From: Patescibacteria group bacterium
GTDB taxonomy: Bacteria; Patescibacteriota; Minisyncoccia; Phycocordibacterales; EsbW-18
Assembly: GCA_038064475.1 (NCBI GenBank)
Contig: JBBTTA010000001.1
Span: 111,086-175,085, forward strand
Direction: 5' to 3'
Length of the DNA: 64,000 bases
A program made the translations under genes and the position numbers. Below the pieces are notes generated by a model. It was given only the letters and a program-made list of their open reading frames with translations. It was not told where the DNA came from and did not search any database. Shown here in pieces: positions 45,657-55,129 of the stretch. How positions within the stretch are numbered: position 1 is the first letter of the stretch; every line of letters begins with the position of its first letter.

Positions 45657-46757
45657 ATGCTCATCTGGTTCGCAATCGTAGTGCTTTTCGTAATCCTCGT
45701 CATCCTTGCCGGAAAACTCGGCTGGTTCATGACCGAGGTTCCCGAGGGCTCTATGAAGTTCGTAAAAGCTGGTGAGGATTACGTCCGTACAATCCTCAAC
45801 ATCAAGAACAAGACGATGGTCAGGAAGTTTGATCCAGCAACTGGAGTCGAAGAAGAAGTCATCGAAACTGGATTCAATCCACTGTCTTTGTCTCCTCTTC
45901 GTGTATTCGGTTTTCACTGGATCAGTTGGATGTGGCCTCTTCGGCGTCTGCATCGGTTTTCTTTGACTACGAACATTCTCATTACGGAAACCGAACAGGG
46001 TCAAAAGAAACTCCACGAGTGGGTGCAGACCAAGCCACACGACAACACCGACCGACTTGGTCTCATGATCCGATCATACTTCTTTTTGAAGGGGGTCGAG
46101 CTCAAGGGGCAGTTCAAGGTAGACGTCGTTGTGTTCGCTCTCATGGAGATCGTCAACCCGCGTCTTGCAGTCTTCGTGTACAATGCTGACTTCGTCAAGA
46201 TCTTGGGACCAGCAATCCTTTCTGGATATGCTGACAATGCCAAGACCAAAGACATCGTCCAGTTCACGAACCTGAAGAAAGGACGTGGGAGTAAGTTCGC
46301 ACAAGATGTTTGTGAGTATGTAAATACAGGCCGCAGAAGTAAGGTCGCAACCGAGAAAATCGAAAACGTATACGGCGTTCGACTTGTCGAGACGTTTGTA
46401 TACGAGTTCGACCAAGCAGATGCTGATCCCGAGGCTCTCAAGGCCGCACAGGCTCAGAAAGTTGCCGAGCTCCAAGCAAAGGCAACTATCACAAGAGCAA
46501 CGGGTCAAGCTGAAGCTCGAGTGATCGAAGCCAATGCAAAAGCCACCGAGCTCTCGTCGAACGTCAAAGCACTCGTCGAGGTTGGGGTTGATCCCAACGA
46601 AGCGATGCGTAGTTACGCGACCATCCGTTCGACAGAGAATGTTCCAAACCTTCAGACGTGGGTGCAAGGTGGCGGTGTGGTTCCGACAGTTTCTGTTGGC
46701 AATCCCACTTCCCCTTCCCCTTCGTCCAAGAACAAACCCAAGGAGACTCCCTCATGA
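45657..46757 (+). CDS. SPFH / band-7 (stomatin/HflK-like) domain membrane protein
   Basis: It has an N-terminal TM helix, a band-7 core and a coiled-coil, AQAQKVAELQAKATITRATGQAEARVIEANAKA. AAGGAG sits 8 nt upstream of the ATG. The region's GC is visibly elevated. Confidence 0.75.
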   Translation: MLIWFAIVVLFVILVILAGKLGWFMTEVPEGSMKFVKAGEDYVRTILNIKNKTMVRKFDPATGVEEEVIETGFNPLSLSPLRVFGFHWISWMWPLRRLHRFSLTTNILITETEQGQKKLHEWVQTKPHDNTDRLGLMIRSYFFLKGVELKGQFKVDVVVFALMEIVNPRLAVFVYNADFVKILGPAILSGYADNAKTKDIVQFTNLKKGRGSKFAQDVCEYVNTGRRSKVATEKIENVYGVRLVETFVYEFDQADADPEALKAAQAQKVAELQAKATITRATGQAEARVIEANAKATELSSNVKALVEVGVDPNEAMRSYATIRSTENVPNLQTWVQGGGVVPTVSVGNPTSPSPSSKNKPKETPS

Positions 46758-47815
46758 TGAAGCGATTTTTGTTTCGTGCGAAGCGTTTCGCACGCAAGTG
46801 CGATATCAGGCTTCGTCGGAGGTTTCGTTCATTCGCAACCTTCGTCACGGTTCAGCGACGACGTGTTGGTTCTCACCTTCGCGTCGTGGTTTGGCCGAGG
46901 CTCAAGCTTCGACTGAACCAATTCAGTGTCCTTCTCATCACGAGAGGTATCGTACCTATCAAGGCACACTACCTGAAACATCGACTGATGGTTGTGACTG
47001 CCTTTAAGTTCGTGCTGAAAATCACTGCGGTCATCGTAGTGCTTCTCATAGCACGCGCACAGGGGCTCTTCGGAGAGAGCCTTTCTTTGAGGGAGTATCG
47101 GTGGTGGATCCTTGGAGTGCTTGTTGCACTCTGTGTGGTTCTACTTTCCGTGCTCCTATATCGGAAAGGGGTTCGCCTCAAGAAGTTTTCACTTCCGGGT
47201 TCTGTGGGTGAGAGGTTCAGCTTCAAAGGCTTCCTCAAACTTGCTCTGCTTGTGTTCGTGATCTTCTTCTTCAAGGATGTCATCGTAGCTACGGCTGCGG
47301 GCATCTGGAGCATTCGTCCCACCGACGAGAATATCGCTCGTTGGGAGAAGGACAAGCGTGCTGCTGAAGAAGCGACACGCAAAGCTCGCAGAACGGATTG
47401 GCCGTGCACATACGACCTCTCGGAGTACGGCGGGAAGCACGTCGCTAACCACGACGCGAAGTTCCTCAAGCCGGACGATGGAGAGGCGTGGAAGGTCTGT
47501 TTCTATGACCGACGCAAGCCCGAGCCCCTCTCCAACCAGCAGTTGAATAACTTCTGGAAGGACACCTTCCCTACACTCGTCGGAGATTCTGCTGGCTGGG
47601 ATGTAATCGTGATCAAAAACCGTGACTTCAACACGAAGACGTGTATGGTCCGGGACAAGCACAACAACGCATACTACCGACAGCAGTTTCCGAAGGAGTC
47701 TGGCGAGGTTTCGATCGACATGGTCGACGAGTCTCGCCGGCTCGTCATCGGCGGGGACAGCAAGGAAGAGGCCGAGTCGGGTAAAATCCCGCAAGTGTTC
47801 ACAATTTCCTGTTAG
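46754..47815 (+). CDS. hypothetical membrane protein co-transcribed with the SPFH gene
   Basis: Its ATG overlaps the SPFH stop (ATGA). It has two or three TM helices centrally and a soluble C-terminal domain. Confidence 0.5.
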   Translation: MMKRFLFRAKRFARKCDIRLRRRFRSFATFVTVQRRRVGSHLRVVVWPRLKLRLNQFSVLLITRGIVPIKAHYLKHRLMVVTAFKFVLKITAVIVVLLIARAQGLFGESLSLREYRWWILGVLVALCVVLLSVLLYRKGVRLKKFSLPGSVGERFSFKGFLKLALLVFVIFFFKDVIVATAAGIWSIRPTDENIARWEKDKRAAEEATRKARRTDWPCTYDLSEYGGKHVANHDAKFLKPDDGEAWKVCFYDRRKPEPLSNQQLNNFWKDTFPTLVGDSAGWDVIVIKNRDFNTKTCMVRDKHNNAYYRQQFPKESGEVSIDMVDESRRLVIGGDSKEEAESGKIPQVFTISC

Positions 47816-47834
47816 ACTCAAGGTTGAAATTCCA

Positions 47835-47870
47835 GAGGCGACGCCACAAGCGTCGCCTCTTTTCTTTTTT
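47835..47870 (+). terminator. rho-independent terminator
   Basis: The hairpin gaggcgacgc-cacaa-gcgtcgcctc is followed by ttttctttttt. Confidence 0.75.
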
Positions 47871-47920
47871 ATACATAACAAAACACCCCCTACACACCAC
47901 CATAGTGGTGTCGGGCGAAC

Positions 47921-47945
47921 AAAAACCACCAGTAGGTGGTTTTTG
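47921..47945. terminator. bidirectional terminator
   Basis: The hairpin aaaaaccacc-agta-ggtggttttt is present. Confidence 0.6.
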
Positions 47946-47968
47946 TTTTAGCCGGCAAGTTTTTGTTT

Positions 47969-48277
47969 TTAGATTCCGCCTTCAACTTGCGGCTCTATCT
48001 GTTCGTTTATTGAAGGTAGAGGCTCGTTACTTCCTATAGTCCCATGAATGATACGGATGATGCCAAACACTGACACCATGATGACCATGCCAATGATTCC
48101 ATAAAGCATATTCCTCTTCCCTGTTGCACGCTCACCTTCGTCATCAACATTCTTTATGAACTGGAATATTCCGTAAATGAAGAGGAGAAATGCAACAGCA
48201 AAAAGCAACATGATGACCGGACGCACGATGACATCATACAGTCGCGTCAAAAGTCCATTAACGGTCATTGGCTCCAT
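47969..48277 (-). CDS. small two-helix membrane protein, pilin-like paralog 1 (TrbC/VirB2-like architecture)
   Basis: 102 aa. The core LLFIYGIFQFIKNVDDEGERATGKRNMLYGIIGMVIMVSVFGIIRII is shared with the five upstream ORFs. Confidence 0.55.
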   Translation of the reverse strand: MEPMTVNGLLTRLYDVIVRPVIMLLFAVAFLLFIYGIFQFIKNVDDEGERATGKRNMLYGIIGMVIMVSVFGIIRIIHGTIGSNEPLPSINEQIEPQVEGGI

Positions 48278-48291
48278 GAACTGAAATATAG

Positions 48292-48642
48292 TTAGTTTCC
48301 TTCAACACCAGGAACTGGTAGTGACCCACCTTGATCAACACCAACCGCGTCACCAATCCATCGGATGATACCAACGATAGAAACGATAACGAAGAGTGCA
48401 ATGATACCTCCGATCATGAGGTTTTTACCTTGTTCTTTTGCTTCGTCACTACCTGAAGCGAAGATAAACTTCACCAAACCCCAGAAGAAAACAAGGAGAG
48501 CGATACCGACAACGATAGGTGTTGCAAGATCAACCAACCGGCCGATCGCTTCAACAATGTTCTCCACATTACCCAACTGTGCGTGTGCAAATGCTGGCAC
48601 AAATGCCGCAGCCGCAAGCGCGATAAGACCAATTCTTTTCAT
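48292..48642 (-). CDS. pilin-like small membrane protein, paralog 2
   Basis: 116 aa with a signal peptide ending AFAHA, then a hydrophobic helix, the loop GSDEAKEQGKN and a second helix IGGIIALFVIVSIVGIIRWI. Confidence 0.55.
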   Translation of the reverse strand: MKRIGLIALAAAAFVPAFAHAQLGNVENIVEAIGRLVDLATPIVVGIALLVFFWGLVKFIFASGSDEAKEQGKNLMIGGIIALFVIVSIVGIIRWIGDAVGVDQGGSLPVPGVEGN

Positions 48643-48749
48643 ACGTGTAAATATCTAGTTTTTAAACCTATAGGCCTTCGAAAGAAAGCTATGTATCCAT
48701 TATACCCTGCCCTGTGTGTGAGCAAGGACGCTATACACAGATGGGGAAA

Positions 48750-49118
48750 CTATGGTGTTGGAGGTGGTATTACTATTGGTGGAAGAATTGGAGGTGTTCC
48801 CGGTGTTATACCAACCTCTATTCCAATCCAGCGTATAATTCCGAAAATTGCAAAAAGTACAAAGAGTGCAATCGCACCTTGTACCATAAGTCGACGCCCT
48901 CCTTCTTTCGCACCTTCGTCTTCCGCATTCGCAATGTATTTTACAAGACCCCAAATAAAAACAAGAAGTGCAAGTGAAGCTGCAATGATTGTCAGTGTAG
49001 TGATAACTTGTCGAAAACTGGTTAAAAGGAGCTTTGTATTTGAAAGATTACCTCCTCCTTGCGCCAACACAAGAACCGGAAGAGCAAGAAGCCCAGATAT
49101 AAACAATAATTTTTTCAT
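48750..49118 (-). CDS. pilin-like small membrane protein, paralog 3, with a Pro-rich C-terminal tail
   Basis: 122 aa with the same core, LVFIWGLVKYIANAEDEGAKEGGRRLMVQGAIALFVLFAIFGIIRWI. Confidence 0.55.
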   Translation of the reverse strand: MKKLLFISGLLALPVLVLAQGGGNLSNTKLLLTSFRQVITTLTIIAASLALLVFIWGLVKYIANAEDEGAKEGGRRLMVQGAIALFVLFAIFGIIRWIGIEVGITPGTPPILPPIVIPPPTP

Positions 49119-49137
49119 AAAATAATATTAATTAATT

Positions 49138-49446
49138 TCAACCGAAGATATCGGTCTTGATAAACTGAACGATACCCCAGAAAGAGAAAAGAACGAACAA
49201 ACCGATAATACCGTATACCATTATTTTTCGGCCGTCATCCTTCGCTTTTCCATCCCCCGCTGATGCAATGTACTTTACGATTCCCCATACGAACGCAAGA
49301 ACTGCCAAAGCGCTCGCCAGCACAATAAGTGGGTTGATAAGGCCGATCGCGTCATTAATAAGTTCTGTAAGATTTGCAGGTGCGGCAAAGGCAAGACTTG
49401 GAACAATCAAGGAAAGAATAAAAGCTGATTTTTTCATATTATCCAA
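49138..49446 (-). CDS. pilin-like small membrane protein, paralog 4
   Basis: 102 aa reading AFVWGIVKYIASAGDGKAKDDGRKIMVYGIIGLFVLFSFWGIVQFI. Confidence 0.55.
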   Translation of the reverse strand: MDNMKKSAFILSLIVPSLAFAAPANLTELINDAIGLINPLIVLASALAVLAFVWGIVKYIASAGDGKAKDDGRKIMVYGIIGLFVLFSFWGIVQFIKTDIFG

Positions 49447-49873
49447 AATGAATTATTTCTGCTGAGTTTGTTCCTGCTCGTATCTGGTCAAGTGTTCCTT
49501 TGATGACGTTCGCAAGCACCGTCGCCCCAAGAAGTACCGCTGTGCCGATAAGTGTATACAAAAGAGTTTTCTTTGCGCTTTTCAACGCCTCCTCATTACC
49601 ACGTGCCTTCACAAACAAAAATCCGGAGTAAATGATGAAAAAAACAGCGACATAAAATCCAATCGTCGTTGCAGCTTTTGCGGCTTCGACAACAACTTCT
49701 TGAATTGAATCAAATTTAAGTGGGTTAACAATTTGAACAGGGCCCGGATTAGGTGTTCCTTGCGCAAAGGCAAAAGATACCGAAATAAATAGTCCAAAAA
49801 ATAATGCTATATAAAGTTTTTTAAAATGCGTTTCCATATCCTCCGTATCCAGACTTAACAAATGTTGTAACAA
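49439..49873 (-). CDS. pilin-like small membrane protein, paralog 5 (longer form)
   Basis: It has the same topology and loop, GFLFVKARGNEEALKSAKKTLLYTLIGTAVLLGATVLANVI. The start is uncertain; METHFKK at 49837 is possible. Confidence 0.5.
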   Translation of the reverse strand: MLQHLLSLDTEDMETHFKKLYIALFFGLFISVSFAFAQGTPNPGPVQIVNPLKFDSIQEVVVEAAKAATTIGFYVAVFFIIYSGFLFVKARGNEEALKSAKKTLLYTLIGTAVLLGATVLANVIKGTLDQIRAGTNSAEIIHFG

Positions 49874-50219
49874 TAAGATTCACGATAAGCCAAGCTGACA
49901 AAGCTATTATAAAGCCAATACCTGCATTTTTAAAGATGCTTTTTGCTTGTTCCATCCTTCCAGGATTGCCTCCCGCTGTAATAAGCAAAAACCCAGCCCA
50001 CAAGAAAAGAATTGTCACCAAGGGAATTGAGATCTTAAAGAGGAGAAAATCAATGAGACCGTCAACAAGTTGAACGAGACTCGCAAAATTACAGTCCAAA
50101 CCGTCACAGGGAACAAGACCTTCCGGCTCTGCTGCCCCAACAAGGATCGGTACCAAAAGAAGCATAAAAACGGCAACGCTTGCGTACACTCCCCATCGTT
50201 TGCCTGCCGTTTGTTTCAT
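49821..50219 (-). CDS. pilin-like small membrane protein, paralog 6 (with a Cys pair in the N-terminal region)
   Basis: 132 aa reading ILFLWAGFLLITAGGNPGRMEQAKSIFKNAGIGFIIALSAWLIVNLIV. Confidence 0.5.
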   Translation of the reverse strand: MKQTAGKRWGVYASVAVFMLLLVPILVGAAEPEGLVPCDGLDCNFASLVQLVDGLIDFLLFKISIPLVTILFLWAGFLLITAGGNPGRMEQAKSIFKNAGIGFIIALSAWLIVNLIVTTFVKSGYGGYGNAF

Positions 50220-50245
50220 ATATCTATTGTATCGCCTCCCCAGTT

Positions 50246-51547
50246 CTAGTCTATGAGGTTTTGCAGGCGTGTATCCGCTTCTCCTACCGCTTGGCTCACT
50301 CCACGGCGGCCTGATGCGATGTCAGAAATCATCGTTCCCAAAATGCCATCTGTCTCCGTTGGGCTTGGATCAAGAAATCCATGTGCAATAAGTGCTTCTG
50401 TGTAAAAGATTGATTTGAACGCATCGGTTGGTTTTTGTGCCAAGAGGTCTCGGCGAACAGGAGAAAGTAAAAACTTGTCCGACCACAATTGACCAGCTTG
50501 TGCACCCGAGAGTGCAAATGCTGCTTGGAATGCCCCGCCGACGTTGTCAGATTGCTTCATGAGCGCAATACCGTAGAATTTTCCGAATGTAGATTTTGTC
50601 GGGCCATCAGATACTTGTGGTACACGCGCAACATCGAAATTGAGGTTCGGATTTTTTTCCTGAATATCAAGAAGCTCACTTGCAAAACCAAGGTAGAGTG
50701 CAAGATCACCTCGCAAAAACATATCGAGCGATGCAGGTAATGCACGATTCCATGAATAGACCAGCTTCACCGGATTTGCGAACTCGGTGTAAAAACGAAT
50801 TGCTGAATCCGCGGGCGCCTCCGCAAATCCAAGCCTGTCAGAAAGAATTGATTCCACACCTTGTGTCGGAATACGTGTCGTGATTGGATTCCCCGCTTGC
50901 ATAACGAGTGTTGCAAGAATTTCTTTTGCATTCGTTACGTTTTCATACCCACCGAGTGCAATTGTGCTTTGCAAAACACTAAATGATGGATCCGTTTTTG
51001 TAAGTTTTGTTGAAAGATCGACAAGTTCGTCCCACGCTTTTGGCGGAAGGGCTAAGCTTGCTGCATTAAAGAGTGAGCGGTTCCAATACATGACAAGAGG
51101 ATCGACAAGAATTGGAAGTGCCAAAACACCCTCATCGGTGAGATAAATTTCTGATCCTTCGGCGAATGTGTCGCGGAAGGTGCGTTCCGTCATTGATGTA
51201 AAGGGTACGGTGTAAATCTTATCTTCGTAGCGCATGATATATTCATGCGGCAAAATGATTGCATCAGGCCCACGTTGTGCCGCCAAGGCTTCAATAAGTT
51301 CGGTATCGAATGTATCAGGTGAGAATTCTTTGTAGGTAACTGCGGAAAGTGAGTTGTCGGTGTCTTGGTTGTAGAGCGTCAAAATGTCTCCAACAAGCGC
51401 TGTGTCGAGCGTTCCCCAAATTGTGCCCGCTGCGGGCACAGCGTCTCCTCCACTGCCTCCAAATTTTCCGAATGTTGCAATTGCGGCAACACCCATGACG
51501 ATAAAGAACCCAAATATTGCGAGAAGTACTGCTTGAAATGTTTTCAT
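50246..51547 (-). CDS. membrane-anchored extracytoplasmic solute-binding-protein-like protein
   Basis: 433 aa with an N-terminal TM helix and a large periplasmic-type domain resembling family 1 substrate-binding proteins. It is the first large gene upstream of the pilin-like array. Confidence 0.5.
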   Translation of the reverse strand: MKTFQAVLLAIFGFFIVMGVAAIATFGKFGGSGGDAVPAAGTIWGTLDTALVGDILTLYNQDTDNSLSAVTYKEFSPDTFDTELIEALAAQRGPDAIILPHEYIMRYEDKIYTVPFTSMTERTFRDTFAEGSEIYLTDEGVLALPILVDPLVMYWNRSLFNAASLALPPKAWDELVDLSTKLTKTDPSFSVLQSTIALGGYENVTNAKEILATLVMQAGNPITTRIPTQGVESILSDRLGFAEAPADSAIRFYTEFANPVKLVYSWNRALPASLDMFLRGDLALYLGFASELLDIQEKNPNLNFDVARVPQVSDGPTKSTFGKFYGIALMKQSDNVGGAFQAAFALSGAQAGQLWSDKFLLSPVRRDLLAQKPTDAFKSIFYTEALIAHGFLDPSPTETDGILGTMISDIASGRRGVSQAVGEADTRLQNLID

Positions 51548-51654
51548 TTTAATTAAGGAAGTAAGAAGTAATTAGTAAGAAGTAAGGTGCAGAGTTGCAG
51601 ATTTAATTTGGTTCTTTTCTTTCTTATTTATTACTCATTATCTTTTACTTTATT

Positions 51655-52185
51655 TTACTTCTTTTTTCTTAAAATCATACCGTAATGGTGTGACCCGGCA
51701 TCCACATCTTGCTCAAACTCCAATCCTGCTTGTTCAAACAGCGTCCGGGCGGCATTTTTACCAAACACAGCATCGGTGTGCGGCCCCATGCCGCCAAACG
51801 AGTCTGTCCAATCGACGATAAGTACTTTGCCGCCCGGACGCAAAATGCGCGCGACCTCTTGTGCAAATCGATCGCGCGCTTCTATCTGAAACAACACATT
51901 AGAGACAATAGCTGCGTCCAAAAAGCCGTCGGCAAGTGTTGTTGCATGATCGCTCTCCAAATCACTCCAAATAACGTGGAGATTTTTGAAACCCTTTGCA
52001 TGTGCCTCTTTCTTTACCTTCGCCAAAAGATCTTTCTGCACGTCGATCGCATAGACGGCTCCATTATCCCCAACCTCTTTAAGCGCCTCCAAGGCGTGTG
52101 CCCCCGCGCCAACACCAAGATCAGCAACCTTCATACCAGCACCTAATTTAAACTGTGAAATTATTTTGTCAGGACGAGCGAACAT
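51655..52185 (-). CDS. class I SAM-dependent methyltransferase
   Basis: 176 aa with VADLGVGAGAHALEA (motif I) and LRPGGKVLIVDW. Confidence 0.7.
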   Translation of the reverse strand: MFARPDKIISQFKLGAGMKVADLGVGAGAHALEALKEVGDNGAVYAIDVQKDLLAKVKKEAHAKGFKNLHVIWSDLESDHATTLADGFLDAAIVSNVLFQIEARDRFAQEVARILRPGGKVLIVDWTDSFGGMGPHTDAVFGKNAARTLFEQAGLEFEQDVDAGSHHYGMILRKKK

Positions 52186-52208
52186 ATACTTCTAGTGTAC
52201 TATAAAAG

Positions 52209-52270
52209 AACAGAGAACAAAAAACAGAGGAAACACTTGTATTGTGGCCCTCTGTTTTTTGTTCTCTGTT
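52209..52270. terminator. perfect 22-bp inverted repeat (aacagagaacaaaaaacagagg / cctctgttttttgttctctgtt), a terminator-like hairpin
   Basis: It lies between the gyrA stop and the methyltransferase start. On the minus strand it is followed by CUUUUAUAG. Confidence 0.55.
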
Positions 52271-52286
52271 ATCTGTTTTCGTTTGC

Positions 52287-54761
52287 TTACAAGCAAACAA
52301 GTGATGCAATCGTGTCCCCTTCACGCATTTTCATGATGCGTACACCTTGTGTAACGCGTCCGAGTTGAGGGATTTCCTTCAATGCAACACGGATAACCTG
52401 TCCTTTTTGTGAAATAACCACCAATTCCTCAACAACGTCCGATGACACAATCTGTGCGGCAATCACTTTACCTGTCTTTGGTGTTACGTTCGCCGTCTTG
52501 ACACCTCCACCACCGCGCTTCTGTACTTTGTATTCACCAACAGGAGTTCGTTTACCATAGCCGTTTGACATGAGAATAAGGAGAGCATCGTTGTTGTCAT
52601 TCTTACCGACAACACCTGCACCAACAACATGATCGCCCTTATCCATATCAACACCACGCACACCTCCAGCAGTACGTCCCATCTGACGAACATCAGATTC
52701 TTTGAAACGAATTGACTGTCCTTCGCTTGTTGCAAGAATTATTTCGTCGCCTTCTGACACAAATGCGCTTGAAATGAGTTCGTCGCCTGAGTCGAGTGAG
52801 ATCGCAATAATACCGCTCTGGCGTACGTCATAGAAACTTTCTGATGCAACTTTCTTTGCAACGCCCATCTTCGTCACCATAAGCACACTCCCCTGTTTTG
52901 CTTTTGCGTCTTTCGACAATGCCAACACTGATGTCACACGTTCTCCATCAGATAGGGAGAGGAAGTTCATGATTGATTTTCCTTTTGTTGCGCGCTTGCC
53001 TTCTGGCAATTCATGCATCTTCAATTGGTACACCTTTCCGCGATCCGTGAAAAAGAGAAGATCGCTGTGTGTAGAGCAGCTCAAAAACGTTGTGACGAAG
53101 TCTTCCTCTTTTGTATTCAAATCAATCACACCAATACCGCCACGCTTCTGTGTTTTGTATTCCGTTGGGTTTGTTCGCTTAATGTAGCCACCGGCAGTGT
53201 ACACAAGCACGTTCTCCTCGTCAGGAATAAGATCCTCAACTGAAAGCATTTTTACACCACCCTTCACCACTTTTGTACGACGATCGTCACCATACTTCAG
53301 AGCGATCTCGGTGAGTTCTTCTTTAATCGTGTCGCGCATTTTCTTCTCGCTCTTCAAGAGTGTCTTGAGTTCACCAATGAGTTTCTGAATCGCATTGAGT
53401 TCATCCTCAATCTTCTTTCTCTCAAGCCCGGCGAGGCGTTGCAACTTCATTTCAAGAATCGCGATTGCCTGACGTTCAGAAAATCCAAATGTTTTCATGA
53501 GCGCCAACTTTGCCGTCGCACCATCATCCGATTTCTTAATTGTCACAATCACCTTATCAATATGGTCAAGCGCCTTGCTCAAACCAAGCAAGATGTGTTC
53601 ACGTGCTTCTGCTTCGCGAAGATCAAACTCCGTACGTCGCTTGATAACAACCATGCGGTGCTTGATAAACTCTTCCAAAATACTCTTCAGTGAAAGTGTG
53701 AGTGGAATGCCGTCAACGAGACATACGGTGTTTGTGTGAAATGTTTCTTCAAGTTGCGTGTGACGATACAGATAGTTGAGTACTTTCTGTGGATGCCCAC
53801 CAGTTTTGAGATCAATCGCAATACGAAGATCCTTTGCTGATTCATCGCGAATGTCTCGAATACCGTCGATTTTTTTCTCGTGCACCAAATCGGCAATCTT
53901 CATGATGAGATCTGCTTTGTTCACACGATATGGGATTGATGAAATGATGATTTGGAATTGTCCTTTCTTCCCTTCAACGATTTCTGCTTCACCGCGTGTC
54001 ACAATACCTCCCTTTCCTGTCGCGTACGCATGCTTGATATCTTTTTCACCGAAAATAACTCCCCCCGTTGGGAAGTCTGGGCCCTTTACGTGTTCCAAAA
54101 GTTCGTCTGTTGTTGCTTCAGGATTTTCAATCAACACTTTTGTCGCATTAATCACTTCGCGCAAGTTGTGTGGTGGAATGTTTGTCGCCATACCAACTGC
54201 GATACCGAGTGTGCCGTTCAAAAGAAGTCCGGGGACTGCTGCAGGAAAGACGGTTGGTTCTTTGAGACGACCATCGTAGTTCGGACGCCATAGAACCGTA
54301 TCTTTTTCAAGATCACGAAGAAGCTCTGCGGCCAAGCGTGACATGCGAGCTTCGGTGTAACGCATTGCCGCTGGTGGATCACCATCGATTGAACCGAAGT
54401 TTCCTTGACCAATCACCCATGGATATCGATATGAAAATGTCTGCGCCATACCAACCATCGCATCGTACACAGATGCGTCACCGTGCGGGTGGTATTTACC
54501 AAGCACATCACCGACAACAGTCGCTGACTTGCGTGGTTTTGAAGACGCAGTGAGATTGATGTTGTGCATCGCGTAGAGAATACGACGATGTACTGGTTTC
54601 AAACCGTCACGTACGTCAGGCAGAGCACGCGATGTGATAACTGACATCGCGTAGTCGAGGTACGATTCACGCATCTCGGTTGAGACGTTGCGCGACACAA
54701 TACCAGAGGCACGTGGTGCCTCTGGTGTAGGTTCATTTGTGGCTTCTTTTGTTCGCGCCAT
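52287..54761 (-). CDS. gyrA: DNA gyrase subunit A
   Basis: It contains [27 protein letters not shown] with the active-site Tyr region, a QRDR-like segment and a C-terminal beta-pinwheel. Confidence 0.9.
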   Translation of the reverse strand: MARTKEATNEPTPEAPRASGIVSRNVSTEMRESYLDYAMSVITSRALPDVRDGLKPVHRRILYAMHNINLTASSKPRKSATVVGDVLGKYHPHGDASVYDAMVGMAQTFSYRYPWVIGQGNFGSIDGDPPAAMRYTEARMSRLAAELLRDLEKDTVLWRPNYDGRLKEPTVFPAAVPGLLLNGTLGIAVGMATNIPPHNLREVINATKVLIENPEATTDELLEHVKGPDFPTGGVIFGEKDIKHAYATGKGGIVTRGEAEIVEGKKGQFQIIISSIPYRVNKADLIMKIADLVHEKKIDGIRDIRDESAKDLRIAIDLKTGGHPQKVLNYLYRHTQLEETFHTNTVCLVDGIPLTLSLKSILEEFIKHRMVVIKRRTEFDLREAEAREHILLGLSKALDHIDKVIVTIKKSDDGATAKLALMKTFGFSERQAIAILEMKLQRLAGLERKKIEDELNAIQKLIGELKTLLKSEKKMRDTIKEELTEIALKYGDDRRTKVVKGGVKMLSVEDLIPDEENVLVYTAGGYIKRTNPTEYKTQKRGGIGVIDLNTKEEDFVTTFLSCSTHSDLLFFTDRGKVYQLKMHELPEGKRATKGKSIMNFLSLSDGERVTSVLALSKDAKAKQGSVLMVTKMGVAKKVASESFYDVRQSGIIAISLDSGDELISSAFVSEGDEIILATSEGQSIRFKESDVRQMGRTAGGVRGVDMDKGDHVVGAGVVGKNDNNDALLILMSNGYGKRTPVGEYKVQKRGGGGVKTANVTPKTGKVIAAQIVSSDVVEELVVISQKGQVIRVALKEIPQLGRVTQGVRIMKMREGDTIASLVCL

Positions 54762-54834
54762 ACTCCTCTATTATATCAAAAAATGTAGGAAAATCCAGTG
54801 TTTTCCACCTGTTTTGGAGGATTAACCTCGCCTT

Positions 54835-54853
54835 GGAGGCTAAGCCTCCAAGG
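54835..54853 (-). promoter_or_regulatory. hairpin motif UUGGAGGCUUAGCCUCCAA, gyrA upstream copy
   Basis: It is identical to the motif at 37093..37111 and lies about 75 nt upstream of the gyrA start. Confidence 0.3.
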
Positions 54854-55129
54854 CTAGTTTGGGAAGAGATTCTTGAGTGCCTCAAAACCCTCCCCGAAGC
54901 CCTTACGTAGACTCTCAAATGGGCTCTGTGTTGTCGGTTGTGTCGGTTGTGTAGGTTCTCTATCTGAACGCACAGCAAGTGTCACAAACCACAAAAGTGC
55001 AACAAAAAATGTCAGAGACAACGCAGTCAGAAACGCAATTCGGCGGCGTTCATGGAGTGGGCGTTCATGTATCTTTCGAAGAGTTTGAAATAGCATCGCG
55101 TTATGCGGCGACGGGATCGAGAACGACAA
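54854..55129 (-). CDS. hypothetical small membrane protein
   Basis: 91 aa with one TM helix and a TQPTQPT repeat. Confidence 0.4.
   Translation of the reverse strand: MSFSIPSPHNAMLFQTLRKIHERPLHERRRIAFLTALSLTFFVALLWFVTLAVRSDREPTQPTQPTTQSPFESLRKGFGEGFEALKNLFPN

Noticed and set aside
46074-47929. Long minus-strand ORFs (197, 166 and 246 aa) antisense to the SPFH operon
   Set aside because: They are typical antisense open frames in a GC-elevated region. The plus-strand genes have clear domain content, an SD and operon structure.
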